Below, piece after piece: positions 40,165-52,253 of a stretch of DNA of 64,000 bases. The stretch is from positions 9,483,301-9,547,300 of the forward strand of contig NC_068993.1 of the NCBI RefSeq assembly GCF_001194135.2. The letters run 5' to 3'. Each line of letters begins with the position of its first letter. The first letter of the stretch is position 1. The notes beneath the pieces were generated by a model. The model was not told the origin of the DNA. It was given only the letters and a program-made list of their open reading frames with translations, and made no database searches. The position numbers and the translations under genes were made by a program. The stretch is from Octopus bimaculoides. Lineage: Eukaryota.

Positions 40165-41173
40165 CTGGAACGAAAAATATAAAAATATAGTGATTAATGG
40201 ATATGAACATTGTACTTTGGGAGGATCATTAGGCCAATAATAAAAAAAACACACTGATTCTATTTCACTTCTTTTATTATTATTAGTCAACTCATTAATA
40301 CTTAACCAATTAACTAACTGACTGTTTGATAAATCATCCGAGAAGCAATTAAAATATGTTTCAACACACAACTTCACATTAATAATCTTGCAAACCAAAC
40401 ACAAAAATGGATATGAATGTAATTGGACAGAAATGAGCTGAGCAGATGGGTTAGCTGGATATGCAATGATTGAGCAAAACTGAGTTGAGGAAGGCTCTTT
40501 AATATCAAAGGGTATTGTTGATATGAACTGACTGGTAGACTTTATTTTGGTGGGGTTTTTTATGTAAAGAGGGGCAGGCTTTGAATAGCCTGAGGCTATA
40601 GAAGACACCTGTCAAAGGTGCCACACAGTGGGAATGAACCTGGAACCATGGCTGGGAAGCAAACTTTTTACCAAACAGTCACACAAGACAAGGACACACA
40701 CAGTGTGGGTGTATACACATATATACAACAAACTTTCTCAGGTTTCAGCCATCATATCTACCCACAAAGCCTCAACCAGCCCAGAACTACAGTAGAAGGT
40801 ACCTGCCCAAGGTGTCACTGAGTGGGACTGAACCCAAAACCATGCAACTGGGAAGCAAACTTCTTAACCACTCAGCCATTAAAATTTACAGCAAGATCTT
40901 TTGTCTATTGCTCTACAAGGGACAGGAATAGATGATTAGGATTAATTAAAATGTAGTGCTGGTGCCACACCCATACCAGGGTCATGAAATGGCACCCGGT
41001 GCACTCTGCAAAATGATTGGCATTAGGAAGGATACCCAGCCATACAAACCATGCCAAAACACAAGACTAGAGCCTGGTGCAGTCTTCTGGCTAGCCAGCT
41101 CTTGCCCAGACAACCAAACGGATGTTAAATGATGATGATGATGCAACAGTAAGAAAGTCAAAATCCTACTCAC

Positions 41174-41399
41174 GAATATACAGAGGAGACTAAATTGTGA
41201 GGATGCTTTCGTGGCCAGTGTAGAGCTACCCACAGCCGCACAGTTTCTGAAGACTTTTCTCGTTTCGTACCAACATTATTTGGTAGGGACATTGAAGTTA
41301 AACAATAGTCTTTCTTAGTACTCCAAATACAGATTTTCTGGTCTTTACTGCCAGAAGCAAATAAGTAGCCAGTCTCTGTGGTTGGGCAACTCTCAGTAT
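41174..41399 (-). CDS. GEMIN5: Gemin5 exon 4 (YLFASGSKDQKICIWS...RLWVALHWP)
   Basis: Phase 1 to 2, GT-AG; matches Gemin5 YLATGSKDQTIRIWS...RLWLTLHWP. Confidence 0.93.
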
Positions 41400-41519
41400 C
41401 TGAAAAAGAAAAAAAAAAACAANNNNNNNNNNNNNNNNNNNNNNNNNNNNNNNNNNNNNNCACATGTGAATCGTTGGCGATTTTCTTCCTCCATCTTCCC
41501 TTCTATTGGACTTTCTTCT

Positions 41520-41556
41520 GTTTCTGAAGAAGAGCGTCTGCTCGAAACGTTAAGCC
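41520..41556 (+). ncRNA. Minimal type I hammerhead-ribozyme motif (PLE-like)
   Basis: CTGAAGA-A-GAGC gtct GCTC-GAAA-CGT-TA; stem I partly decayed. Confidence 0.7.
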
Positions 41557-41660
41557 ATCTTTCTTTCCTTCCCTGAACGTCTGCTAATACTTTACATGTG
41601 CCACATCCTTGCATTGTTGTTTTTTTGTGTTTGTAGTTCCTTTGGAGATTTACTATATAC

Positions 41661-41708
<48 letters not shown>

Positions 41709-42051
41709 GCACACACACACTCATGCTAGGGCTGGATTAAGACCCATAGAGGCCCCAAGCACTCAAAAGATTTTAGTGCTTCCATATATATATGATTCAA
41801 AATGTAAACAATAATAAACCAGAAAATTAATTTTTATTCTTAAAAACTAACAGAAAAATGGGAAATAATGTTTATTTTTTTATGCTTCTACTTTCTATTC
41901 TTTTACTTGTTTTAGTCATTTGACTGTGGTCATGCTGGAGTACCATCTTTAGTCAAACAAATCAACTAGGCCACACGCCTTCACTCTATGATCAACCAAA
42001 CCAAACCAAAAATCCTACAATGAGAATAAGTAAAAAGAAATAAAATCTCAC

Positions 42052-42215
42052 TTGTGTCTGTTTCCGCTTCGTTGGGTTTCTGAGCACAAAACTGTTCCCC
42101 AGGCTGGGGACACCACACCAAAGATGTTATATCATCATGATGGCCTGGAAATTTCTTTACAACTGTTAACGACGTGGTAGATACATTCATTAAAATAATG
42201 TTTCCAGATTTATAG
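42052..42215 (-). CDS. GEMIN5: Gemin5 exon 3 (YKSGNIILMNV...GHHDDITSLVWCPQPGE)
   Basis: TTTCAG acceptor, A|GTGAGA donor, phase 2 to 1; matches Gemin5 GYKDG...GHDDEIHSIAWCPLPGE. Confidence 0.92.
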
Positions 42216-42559
42216 CTGAAAATAACAGAAATACATAAATATTTTATGATGTTTTACTAAATCAACACAAGACATTATATTATATTTATTATCATTATTT
42301 TTGCTTCGATTATTTTTCTCCTCTTCTGGCATGAGCTAGATAATTCCTAAAGCAATGTTCCACAGTTGGATGTTCTCCCTAGTACCGACTCTTAGTTGTT
42401 TTACAAGGTGTTATTCCACATCTCTGAACATTGTAGTGTTGCCGGATGTTTTGTTTGTGGGTTTACTGACATGGTATCAATGTGAAGACACATGATTATA
42501 AAGACACACATGATGACTGTCAATTTGTTAAACTTTTACTGTCAGATTCTCTTGTTTCT

Positions 42560-42840
42560 GGGGGCTTTTTTTCAGTGATCATAGGACATACCATCTCTCA
42601 TAAAGCCAGCAGTGACTTGCACTTCTTGTTGCAGATGTGGCATTCATATTTATATTGCAGTGGAATATTCACCCTGTACAGCACCTCCATTGCATACATG
42701 TTGTACCTTATGAGTTCAGATCAACTGGAATTTTTTTACCACAGAGATTGCGTATCAGCTGAGCTGCTAGGAATTGGTTGTCTTCAACCTGAGGCCTTGC
42801 AGTGTATGCAACTTGTGAGGCAAACTCATTTGCAATCATC
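42560..42840 (-). mobile_element. Probable RTE C-terminal remnant with broken zinc finger
   Basis: YECHICNKKCKSLLAL* in one minus frame. Confidence 0.4.
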
Positions 42841-43762
42841 ATACTCAAAACAATATATATACATATATATAATACCTTGCTGGAAACAGGTGAAGGTTGG
42901 CATCCAGCCATAGAAAAATCTGCCTCATGCAAGCGTGTAAAAATGGATGTTAAATAAGATGAGGATATATACAAAGAAGATGGAAAGGAAAGAGCTGGAA
43001 CACCCATAGGAATAGATCTGCTCAGTCATGGCTGAGGCTAAACAACAATCAATCTTTCCTCTTTGCTGAGTTGAAATCCTTCTACGGCTCACTCCACTGA
43101 TAGACTGGATATGAAAATCCTCACTTGTACGATGGTGACGCTTATTTATGGCCATCATGAGATGTCTAGACAAAGATATACACATACAGCTGCGTGGTAA
43201 GAAGTTTGCTTCCCAATCACATGGTTCTGGGTTCAATCCCACTGAGTGGCACTTTGGGCATGTGTATTCTACTATAGCCTCAGGCTGGCCATAGTCTTGT
43301 AAGAGGATTTGGTAGACAGAAAGTGAAAGAAGCTTATTGCATGTGTGTGTGATTGTGTCTGTCCCCTACCACTGCTTGACAACTGGTGTTGGTGTGTTTA
43401 CATCCTCATAACTTAGCGATTTAGCAAGAGAACAATAGAATAAGTGGTAGGCTTAAAAATAAAAGTAAATGCTGGAATTGATTCATTCGATTAAAATTTT
43501 TCAAAGTGGTGCCCCAGCATGGGCACAGTCTAATGACCAAAACAAGTAAGAGATAAAAGATCTATATAACCCACACCAGTATGTAACATGGATATCTGAT
43601 CAAATCCACTCACAAGGGCAAGTGTCTTCTTTAGTAGAAGACACTTGCCCAAGGTGCCATGCGGTAGGACTGAACCTGAAGCCACATGGTTGGGAAGCTT
43701 CTTAACCTATAGATCAAAATAAAATTTCTAAAAATGAGAAACAAAAAGGAAAGTTCACTCAC

Positions 43763-43947
43763 CCAACAGCCAATAGATCCAAATTGTGAGGAGAAAAAGT
43801 CATACAAGAGACTTGACATTTCTCAGGATGATGTAACTTTAAAGAACAGTTTGTATCAAATTTAAATAAAGCAATAAAGCCCCTTTCATCACCAGTGATG
43901 ACAAAATCGGGTTCAGACAGCGACCATGCTGTAGCAGTGACTTTTGA
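43763..43947 (-). CDS. GEMIN5: Gemin5 exon 2 (SKVTATAWSLSEPDFVITGDERG...DLLAVG)
   Basis: TTTCAG acceptor, GG|GTGAGT donor, phase 0 to 2; WD repeat. Confidence 0.92.
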
Positions 43948-44383
43948 CTGAAAGTAGAAATAGACAAATTTATAAATGGATTGCCATGCATGAGTTTTCA
44001 GTTGTTTGATCAAATGGGTAAACAAATTCATTGAATTAGCATGTAAGTGGCTGAGTATTCCACAGACATGGATACCCTTAATGCAATTCTCAGGTGGAAT
44101 TAGTATGAGACAGTATGACAAAGCCAGGCCTTTTAATTTCAGGTATACTCTGATGGATTTCTTAATAGGAGCAGGGGTGGCTGTGCAGGTGAGAAAACTG
44201 CATTGCAACTACGTGATCTCGGGATCAATTCTGCTGTGCAGAACCTTGGGCAAGTGTCTTCTACTGCAGCCCCAAACTGACTAATGCCTTGTCAGTGAAT
44301 TTGGTAGACAGAAACTATGGAAAACTTTACCATGTATATATGAACATACACACAAGCATATATATATATACACACACACATGC

Positions 44384-44420
<37 letters not shown>

Positions 44421-45311
44421 TGTGCATGCATATATATATATTCTTTTCTTTTACTTGTTTCAGTCATTTGACTGCAGCCATGCTGCAGCACCACCATTAG
44501 CCAAACAAATCGGCCCCAGGACTTATTCTTTGTAAGCCTAGTACTTATTCTATCAGTCTCTTTTGCCGAACTGCTAAGTTACAGGGATGTAAACATACTA
44601 GCATCGGTTGTCAAGCGATGGAATTTCTAGCCGAAAGTTGTACTAACAGTTCCATCAATTGCATAAATCAAATAGAATGCCTATAATGTTTTGAGATTAA
44701 TTTAAGAAACATCGTTTTTATTATTTATGTTAAGCGTCTAGTATTGATTTATTTAAATGATCAATTGTCTTTATTACATGAGTCATGCGGGTTCAAATAA
44801 AGATCGAAATAACAGGACAACCACATGGGTTATGCGTTTTACGAAGCTGGCACCAAATTTGCGAAACGTCCTCTAGAGTATGGTGAAATTAAGTTAAAAA
44901 ATATTGTAGTGGCGAAAAGAATTTTCGGTATAACTTTCCAAGTTGTTTTTGTCATAGTCAGAACTTCACACATGAGTTATATTAAAAAGAATGTTGTGGA
45001 GGTAAAGCATACGTACTCCACCCGTTTTCGGCGTAACAAAAACCCTAACCCTAAACACCGGGTGTATGTATTATTTACTTTCGCCAGAATGTTTGCGTTA
45101 TTTTGAGAAGAATAAACTATGGGAACATACTGATGAACTAACGCAAACAGTCCGTGCATCTCTTTTAATAAACACCTTGTTTATTCATGAAAACATGCTA
45201 GAGTTCTGGTTTGGCTGTGACAAGAAAAACTAGAAAGAACACGGAAGATGTAATGCTGTTAAAATACATTTTAATCATAATTTTTAATTGCTAGAATAAT
45301 AAAATACATAC

Positions 45312-45725
45312 TTTATGCTTATCATGATATTGTATTTCTTTCTGACTGAATACGTCCCACAGGTGGACGGTTCCGTCATCACAGCATGCAACAGCGAGGA
45401 CCAAATCGTCGTCTTTGGCTATTCTGTGCCGCGGTCCTAAAGCTGTAACGTGCACTTTTTCGGCATGAGACAGAGAAGCGAGTAAATTGTAACTTATTAA
45501 TTCATTACTCGTCGACGTAACGTCCGAATCCACCGCCAATTCTGCCGCTGTGGTCAGTTTATTTACTTTAAAAACGTTGAGGAAGTTGCGAGAGGCACAC
45601 ACAAACACACCAATTTCATTCCCGTCGCAACCATAAGACGTATACCAAGTTGGAGAAGGTGGTAAAAGACTTTCAAGCACTTTGCACGGCTGGTCAGCAT
45701 ACACTGCGTCTTTTCCATCAGCCAT
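45312..45725 (-). CDS. GEMIN5: Gem-associated protein 5 (WD40 repeat, SMN complex), coding exon 1
   Basis: ATG at 45725; MADGK...LLPPSPTWYTSYGCDGNEIGVFVCASRN resembles the Gemin5 N-terminus as I recall it (LPPSPNWY); donor AAA|GTATGT, phase 0, 414 nt. Confidence 0.93.
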
Positions 45726-45963
45726 AGTATTCTTTTAAAACCTCACTGGAACGGTAACTAGATATCAACAAGTTCTTTTTAGTCACCCTACTTGTGCGTA
45801 GTTTCACTTCTGTCACGCCGTAAATACGAAATAGCGCGCGCATATCACGTGTCTAGGCGGTATCAACGACAAAACGTCCCTCCTGAATGTCGTGTCTCGT
45901 CCAACTTCGGAAGTCTGACAAGAGATACTAAAACAAAACAAAACGGAATTAATAATAAAAAAG
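45726..45963. promoter_or_regulatory. Putative bidirectional promoter and 5' UTRs shared by Gemin5 and the Ly6 gene
   Basis: Only 238 bp between divergent ATGs; locally CpG-rich (GCGCGCGC, CACGTG at 45846-45851), repeat-free. Confidence 0.7.
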
Positions 45964-46021
45964 ATGGGCTTTTATACTTTCCTTGGCCCTCTGTTCTTAT
46001 TAATAGTTCTCGTAAATAAAT
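45964..46021 (+). CDS. Ly6/uPAR (quiver/sleepless-like) three-finger protein, exon 1: signal peptide MGFYTFLGPLFLLIVLVNK
   Basis: ATG 45964, hydrophobic core, T|GTAAGT phase-1 donor that joins exon 2 in frame (T+CA = Ser). Confidence 0.85.
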
Positions 46022-46916
46022 GTAAGTACGATCTGTTAATTATTATAATTTGTGTGCTGGTGGGAGGTTCTCTGTTTGGTGTACGTAAACAGAAATGATA
46101 CCTTAATTTTCAAATTAATCATTTGACCCGATTGACAACTAACATTAATTAAAACCAAGATAATTATCATTTTATGGTGTATATATATATATATATATGA
46201 ACATGAAACAGCACACCTTAGTATTTTTGTAAACACTCTGGCGATTCCATTTAATCTTCTAAATCTTAATGAGTCATTGAGGGATCCTGTGATTTCTATG
46301 ACTAATTAAACAATGAAACACCAAACTCAAGGATTTATTTTAGACATTCTAATATGTTGTTTATATATGATCCCTTGTGTTTTATACTGGAGATCTTTGT
46401 TTACGTACATATTTGACAACTTTTGTCCTCCTTTTTTAAATATTAAAAAAAAAAAATCTACACCTATTGCTACCTGCAATTGGCATTTCCGTTTCTCTTG
46501 TTTTGATTACCTGAATATGACAATGTGTAATGACCACACTTTTGTTGGGGTGGGGTGTTAGCGATGTGGTACGTATTACTTTTCCAGCATACTCTTTGAC
46601 TTAATGGGGGTATTTAACTTGTTACTCTGTGATTCACCTGTAACTGTTTGCAGATAACGAGAAACTACCGTTTGATCCTCTATCTGACCGCTGACCAGGT
46701 AGAAATAGCTGCCAAATCTTAAGTAAAAAATACATTCCGTACCAATTCCCAAAAATACGGGATGGTCATGGTGGGGATGTCTTTGATCAAAAGACTGGAC
46801 GTTCGAGACACACCTGGGGTAAACAATTACAAGTTATTTATTATTATAATTAAAATATGTGGGTGTTGTTTCGTTTGATACTGTCCTAATTGTTGACTAA
46901 ATAGTCGTAGAATTAG

Positions 46917-46951
<35 letters not shown>

Positions 46952-49185
46952 GAAATTATTGTGTATGGTGCTCAGGTGCACTACAGCTCATCAAAGGTGC
47001 GTGTACAGTAAATAGAATTATGTACAAAAGTCAGGTAAGTGAACAGTGTATGAGACATGATATACGTGTGCATGCGTATGGAGGTGGGGGGTATTTCGGG
47101 AAATTATAGTAGGGTTTCACACTTAATAAAGTTTACGCCCTTAGTTCAAATTCAGGATTATAGTCATTGCATTTTACTTGCTACTTATTAGAATGGACAT
47201 TTATCAAACAAGGCAGAACCTGTTTTGAAGCAAATTGTGGTGTATGTAAACTGCAGTTTCTGTATTGAACATGGCGGGGTTAATCTCTAGTTTAACACCC
47301 GATCACAAAAACGAGAAAAAAAAATAGGTAATAAGTGTGAAACAATGTGTAGTGAACGAATATGAAAAAGAAAAAAAAAGGTTAAAATGCGCGCTGACGA
47401 ACGGTGGAGTGGGGGAGCGGACTCGGAAAATACTCGATGTGAATTTTCCGAGTCCTCTCCCCATCCCACCCCGTTCGTCGGCGTAATTTTTTTATTTTTT
47501 TATATTCGTTTACTACACATTATTTTACACCTATTTCACTATTTTCTTTCATTTTTGTGCCCGGGTAGGGGTGGAGCGTGATAAGCAGCGTAGGAGTGGC
47601 TGTGGTAAGCAGCTTGCTTACGAACCACATGGTTCCGGGTTCAGTCCCACTGCGTGGCACCTTGGGCAAGTGTCTTCTACTATAGCCTCGGGCCGACCAG
47701 GTTATAGGATGATAGACAAAGTTGGCCTTGTAAGAATTTGAACAGAGGACTTGAAGGGTCATAACTAAATACATTCTTTGCTCGCGTTCACCCAGGAGGT
47801 AGTTTCGCCTTTCAATCTTCCAGAATTGATAAAATAAGGTACTAGTAGGGAAGTCCTCGTACCCTTATAATCAACTCCTCCACCCACCTTAGTTGTATCT
47901 CTTTTAGACATCAAGGTTATCGGGTTTTTATTTGTATTTGTATAAATCGTTTGTATGTTTCTTTACAACAGTTTGATGAGGTCAATTCAGTGTAGAGACA
48001 CTGCAGCCCAATTAATACAAAAGACGATTACAAATCAAGCTTATTTACGTTCTGTTAGCTAGTAAAGTACTGCTGTTTAGATCTAGTTTTCAAAATCTAG
48101 TCACGTAATCCTCTTTTTCATGCTAAGTAGGATAAATGTAAATGCTTATTTCAAATATTGGCATGAGGCCAGTAATTTCAGAGGAGGAGATAAGTCGATT
48201 ACATCAACCCCAGTGATCTACTGGTACTTATTTTATTGACCCCAAAAGGATGAAAAGCAAAGTTAATAGCTCCAGAATTTGAACTCAGAATGTAAAGTTG
48301 GACGAAATGCTGCTAAGCATTTTTCCTGTCATGTTAATAATTATGCCAGCTCACTAACTTATGGTTACAAATTTTGGCACAAGGCCAGTAGTTTTGGAGC
48401 AGGGAGTTCCCAGTGTTCAACTGGTCCTTATTTATCAACCCTGAAAAGATGAAAGGCAAAGCTGACCGTGACAGAATTTGAACTCAGAACGTAAAGATGG
48501 ATGAAATACTGCTAAGCACTTTGCCCATCGTGCTAATGATTCTACCAGTTGACGAGCTTGGGATAGATGTAAATATGATAAAAATTGTTTTTTTTGCTGG
48601 CACAAGATCTGAAATACTTTTATTTTGGAATGGCAGCACTGAATTAACCATTAAGCAAAAATAAGTACATGTTTAGGGTATCAAGGGAAGCAGGGCACCA
48701 CAGAAATGGTGTATGGTCTACAGTACAAAAGAAATCACTTTCAGTTTGCTAAAATAATACTCTAAGTGGTTTATATGATCTGAAATATTATTTCGAAGTC
48801 TTCATGGTATCATAGTGAGGATCTGATCAAAGATTTTGTAGTTAAATAAAGTAGGAGAAAACTTTTCAAATATAAATAAAGTGGAAGTATACAAAAATAA
48901 ACATTATTTCCCATCTCATGATTAGTTCTGTTTCATTTTGAAAAATAGAAATATATTGTATGGTTTATTATTGATTATCTTTTGAATTACATATATATGG
49001 GAACAGCAAACTCTTTTCAGTGCTTAGAAACTCTATGGGTCTTAATCTGGCCTTGCAGAATAGGGACACTGTGTTTAATTTTTCTTTTGTGCAAGCTGTC
49101 GAGTTTATCCTGAACATGCTGTGCAATGTTGACAGAAACAAATATATTCTAGAATACACTATAACATCTTTCTTCTATTTTGCAG

Positions 49186-49314
49186 CAAGCGCCATCAAGT
49201 GTTATTCCTGTTCTTCATTCGACGACCTAAATTGTGGAGATGCATTTGACTTCAAGTATGTGAAGGCTTATGCTTGCGCAGGATCTTGTAAAAAGACAAG
49301 AGGATTAACCAAAA
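49186..49314 (+). CDS. Ly6/uPAR three-finger protein, exon 2 (SAIKCYSCSSFDDLNCGDAFDFKYVKAYACAGSCKKTRGLTK)
   Basis: TTTTGCAG acceptor, A|GTAATT donor, phase 1 to 1; CxxC start of the LU domain, 5 Cys. Confidence 0.9.
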
Positions 49315-49369
49315 GTAATTATGCAAAAATCATTTATCTAAAAACTCTCCTTTCATTTCTGTTTCTTAA

Positions 49370-49569
49370 CCCTTTTGCATTCAGATAACTCAACTGTAAT
49401 ACTTATCCATTCACATTTTGAATTGTGCACTTTATCAAAGATAAGAGATTTCAGTGATGTGAAGGTTTATTTTTACAATGACATCATAGGGTAGGTCAGA
49501 TAAAGCCGATTTGAATATAAAACAAGTAGAATATTTGAGCCAGATATGGCTGTTTTAAATGCTAAAAAG
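49370..49569. mobile_element. piggyBac-type MITE (same family, opposite orientation) in Ly6 intron 2
   Basis: TTAA|CCCTTTTGCATT...AATGCTAAAAAG|TTAA; partial copies near 19000, 29010 and 33595. Confidence 0.7.
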
Positions 49570-50112
49570 TTAATCTTACCAAATTAATAATGAATAAAAA
49601 GAAAATTCTAAATCAGTTACCTTCTAAAAACATAACTTTAATTAACTAACTCACAATCTGTATAATTTTTTTTAAGTGGGGTCTTTTGTATATTTTAAAC
49701 ACCTGAGACTGCCCCTGGTTCAATCAAATTTTCTATTTTAAAATGATCTACATTAAAATCTTCCATCAGTATTTCATATTAATTTATGTTCCCTAAACCT
49801 GCTTAAAACAAGAACCTATTTTACTAAATTTTTTATCATTTTCAAAACTAATTTAAACAAAAGCAGAGTATTTCAGCACAAAAATGGAACTGAAAGTGTT
49901 AAATGTAACTAAAACTGTTGAAAATCATTCAATTACTTGTTTCATTTTTTTAATCTGATATTCTGAGATGAGAAATTATTAGCATTACAATTACTCTATT
50001 CTCTCTGTCCCATACCTGACTCCCTCTCTCTCTGCTCTCCACCTCTCACTTGAGTCCCTTTCTCTTTCTGTCTGTCTGTCTCTCTCTCTACTTCTCATTT
50101 TTCTCATTACAG

Positions 50113-50309
50113 ACAATGATGCAGAAATAAACAGAATGTGTTCCTCGCTAGAAAAGGATTCTTGCTACTCTTCACCTTACAACGACATTGATGTTACGGC
50201 TTGTGTCTGCAACACAGATTACTGCAATTCAGCACCACTAAAACACGTCTCTAGTATCACTTTAAACTTTTGTCTGGCTACTCTTACATATCTTCTAATA
50301 CATCCATGA
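50113..50309 (+). CDS. Ly6/uPAR three-finger protein, exon 3 (...RMCSSLEKDSCY...ACVCNTDYCNSA + GPI-signal-like tail, TGA)
   Basis: TTACAG acceptor; CxCxxDxCN signature; 5 more Cys (10 in total); hydrophobic C-terminus; stop 50307-50309. Confidence 0.9.
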
Positions 50310-51379
50310 AATCAGATTTTGCATTCCATTCATTTGATTTCATATCATTTAATTCATATCACATCATGTCATAATAAGCACTTTCTTCATATCAACTTTG
50401 CCTTTCATCCTTTCAGGGTCGATTAAATAAGTACCAGTTATACACTGGGGTCAATGTAATCAACATAATCCTTTCCCCCAAATTTGAGGCCTTGTGTTTC
50501 CAGTAGAAAGGATTATTCTAATGGTTGTTGCAACATCCTTTAAGCTTTAATCTTTACACCCTGATAAGTTTCAGTCATTGAATTACCACCTTCTTAATGC
50601 AAATCCTTCAAGTTTTGTTTGAATTAATGTCCCAAAGATACTATCAATAAACCTGGCTCAACCAGTAATGCTTCTTGATTTATGAATGGCTTAGAAAATT
50701 ATTTTAAATATAAGGTTAGGAGCTCAAAATTTGATACAACTTTTGCTTAGGGTTCATTACTCCTCTGNNNNNNNNNNAATAAGGAAATGAGACTCGAATG
50801 TAAAAAAAAATTATGTAAAGCAGTTTTAAAAAAAAAAAAAGGTAAAAAAATGAGGTGAGGTATTTGTTAGGTGGTTGTGTCCAGTTTGTAGGACACAATT
50901 CTTAGAGACTGCTTGCTTCATTCTGTTCAGCTTAGCTCAGCTACCACTCTGACTTCAAAACTGAATAGTTATAAGTAACAGGAGCAGACATCCAGCTATA
51001 AAAAAAACTGATGCTTGTATGGAAAATAGCAGGAAAAAATAACAAAATAACAAAAACAACTAACTCTGCGTTACCTGTTTATTAAGGGAAGTAACTTTTG
51101 ACAGCATACACACTATGTCAATGATATTAATGTTTTTGATTTTCCAAAGCAGAGTGAATGATGGGAAAGAGAATGACAGGGAAAAAATATCTTGCAGTAT
51201 CTGGTTACAATCTGAGAAATAAATGAACACCACAACATCATTTTCCATTCTTCTTATAAGAAAGAAAAGAAAGCAAGCAATGATCATCCAACTTGTTAGA
51301 AGTACCAACTGTACATCACTCAAATTAGGCCATACCATTCTATACATATACACTCACATACATACATGTATGTATGTAA

Positions 51380-51700
51380 AAGACACTTTGGATGACATTA
51401 TGTCTGAATATCATAATGATGTTGAAGGTCATGGTTTGAAATGCTTTGACCATAGGCCAGTTTGATAAGCCCGATCTCAGGTTAATTGTAATGGTGTATA
51501 TAATGTTGGTTAGAGTCTTCAACTCTAAAGTAACTGTTTCAACAATTCCAGTACAAAAATTTGAAGACCCATATAACCCCCATGCTTCAGAACCAAATAT
51601 TAAAAAAAATTTGTTTGCCAGTACCACAAAAATGCTACAATCTGAACTTGAAGTGCCATGGTACCATGACACTATGCTCCAGCTGTGTCTGCGTTCATGC
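51380..51700 (-). mobile_element. Possible decayed LINE RT C-terminus
   Basis: IFGSEAWGL resembles LYGSEVWG of L2/RTE-type LINEs; the rest is weak. Confidence 0.3.
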
Positions 51701-51992
51701 AACTGGAGTTATTAGACCAATGATATATATATATTCTCTGTCCTATAGAACCAAAATATCTATTCTGAAATTAATAACTAATATTATGTTATAAATGCAT
51801 TTAAATCAATGTTTCTGATTGTTATGAAATACAGAAATAGTTTCATTTGATTTGGATTCATTATAAAAACGAAATAGAGCTGTTTGATCAAGGAAAACAT
51901 GGGATCTAATGCATTTTAGGGTCTAATTTGCTTATTTAAATGACTTTTATAATAATTTAACTCTTGAATAAAATTTTGGTCAAATCATAGTG

Positions 51993-52035
<43 letters not shown>

Positions 52036-52195
52036 GTTTTAGGGAAAAGAACCAAGTTTCATGAACTTATCAATGAAAATCCACTATCACATATATTTAT
52101 ATATATTTTAATCTGTAAAGCTCAATTTAATTTTGATTTTTTTATAAATTGATTTTAATTGAGTTTTTACTTGTAATTTTGGATTTTGTCCCTAT

Positions 52196-52253
<58 letters not shown>

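Noticed and set aside
41393-41716. Minus-strand ORF QRNYKHKK...EEENRQRFTC in Gemin5 intron 3
   Set aside because: It is the antisense reading of the pyrimidine-rich ribozyme-bearing repeat; exons 3 and 4 join in frame without it.
44825-45106. 93-aa plus-strand ORF with AACCCTAACCCTAA in Gemin5 intron 1
   Set aside because: No recognisable domain; two telomere-like units are common in repeats and are not an interstitial telomere.
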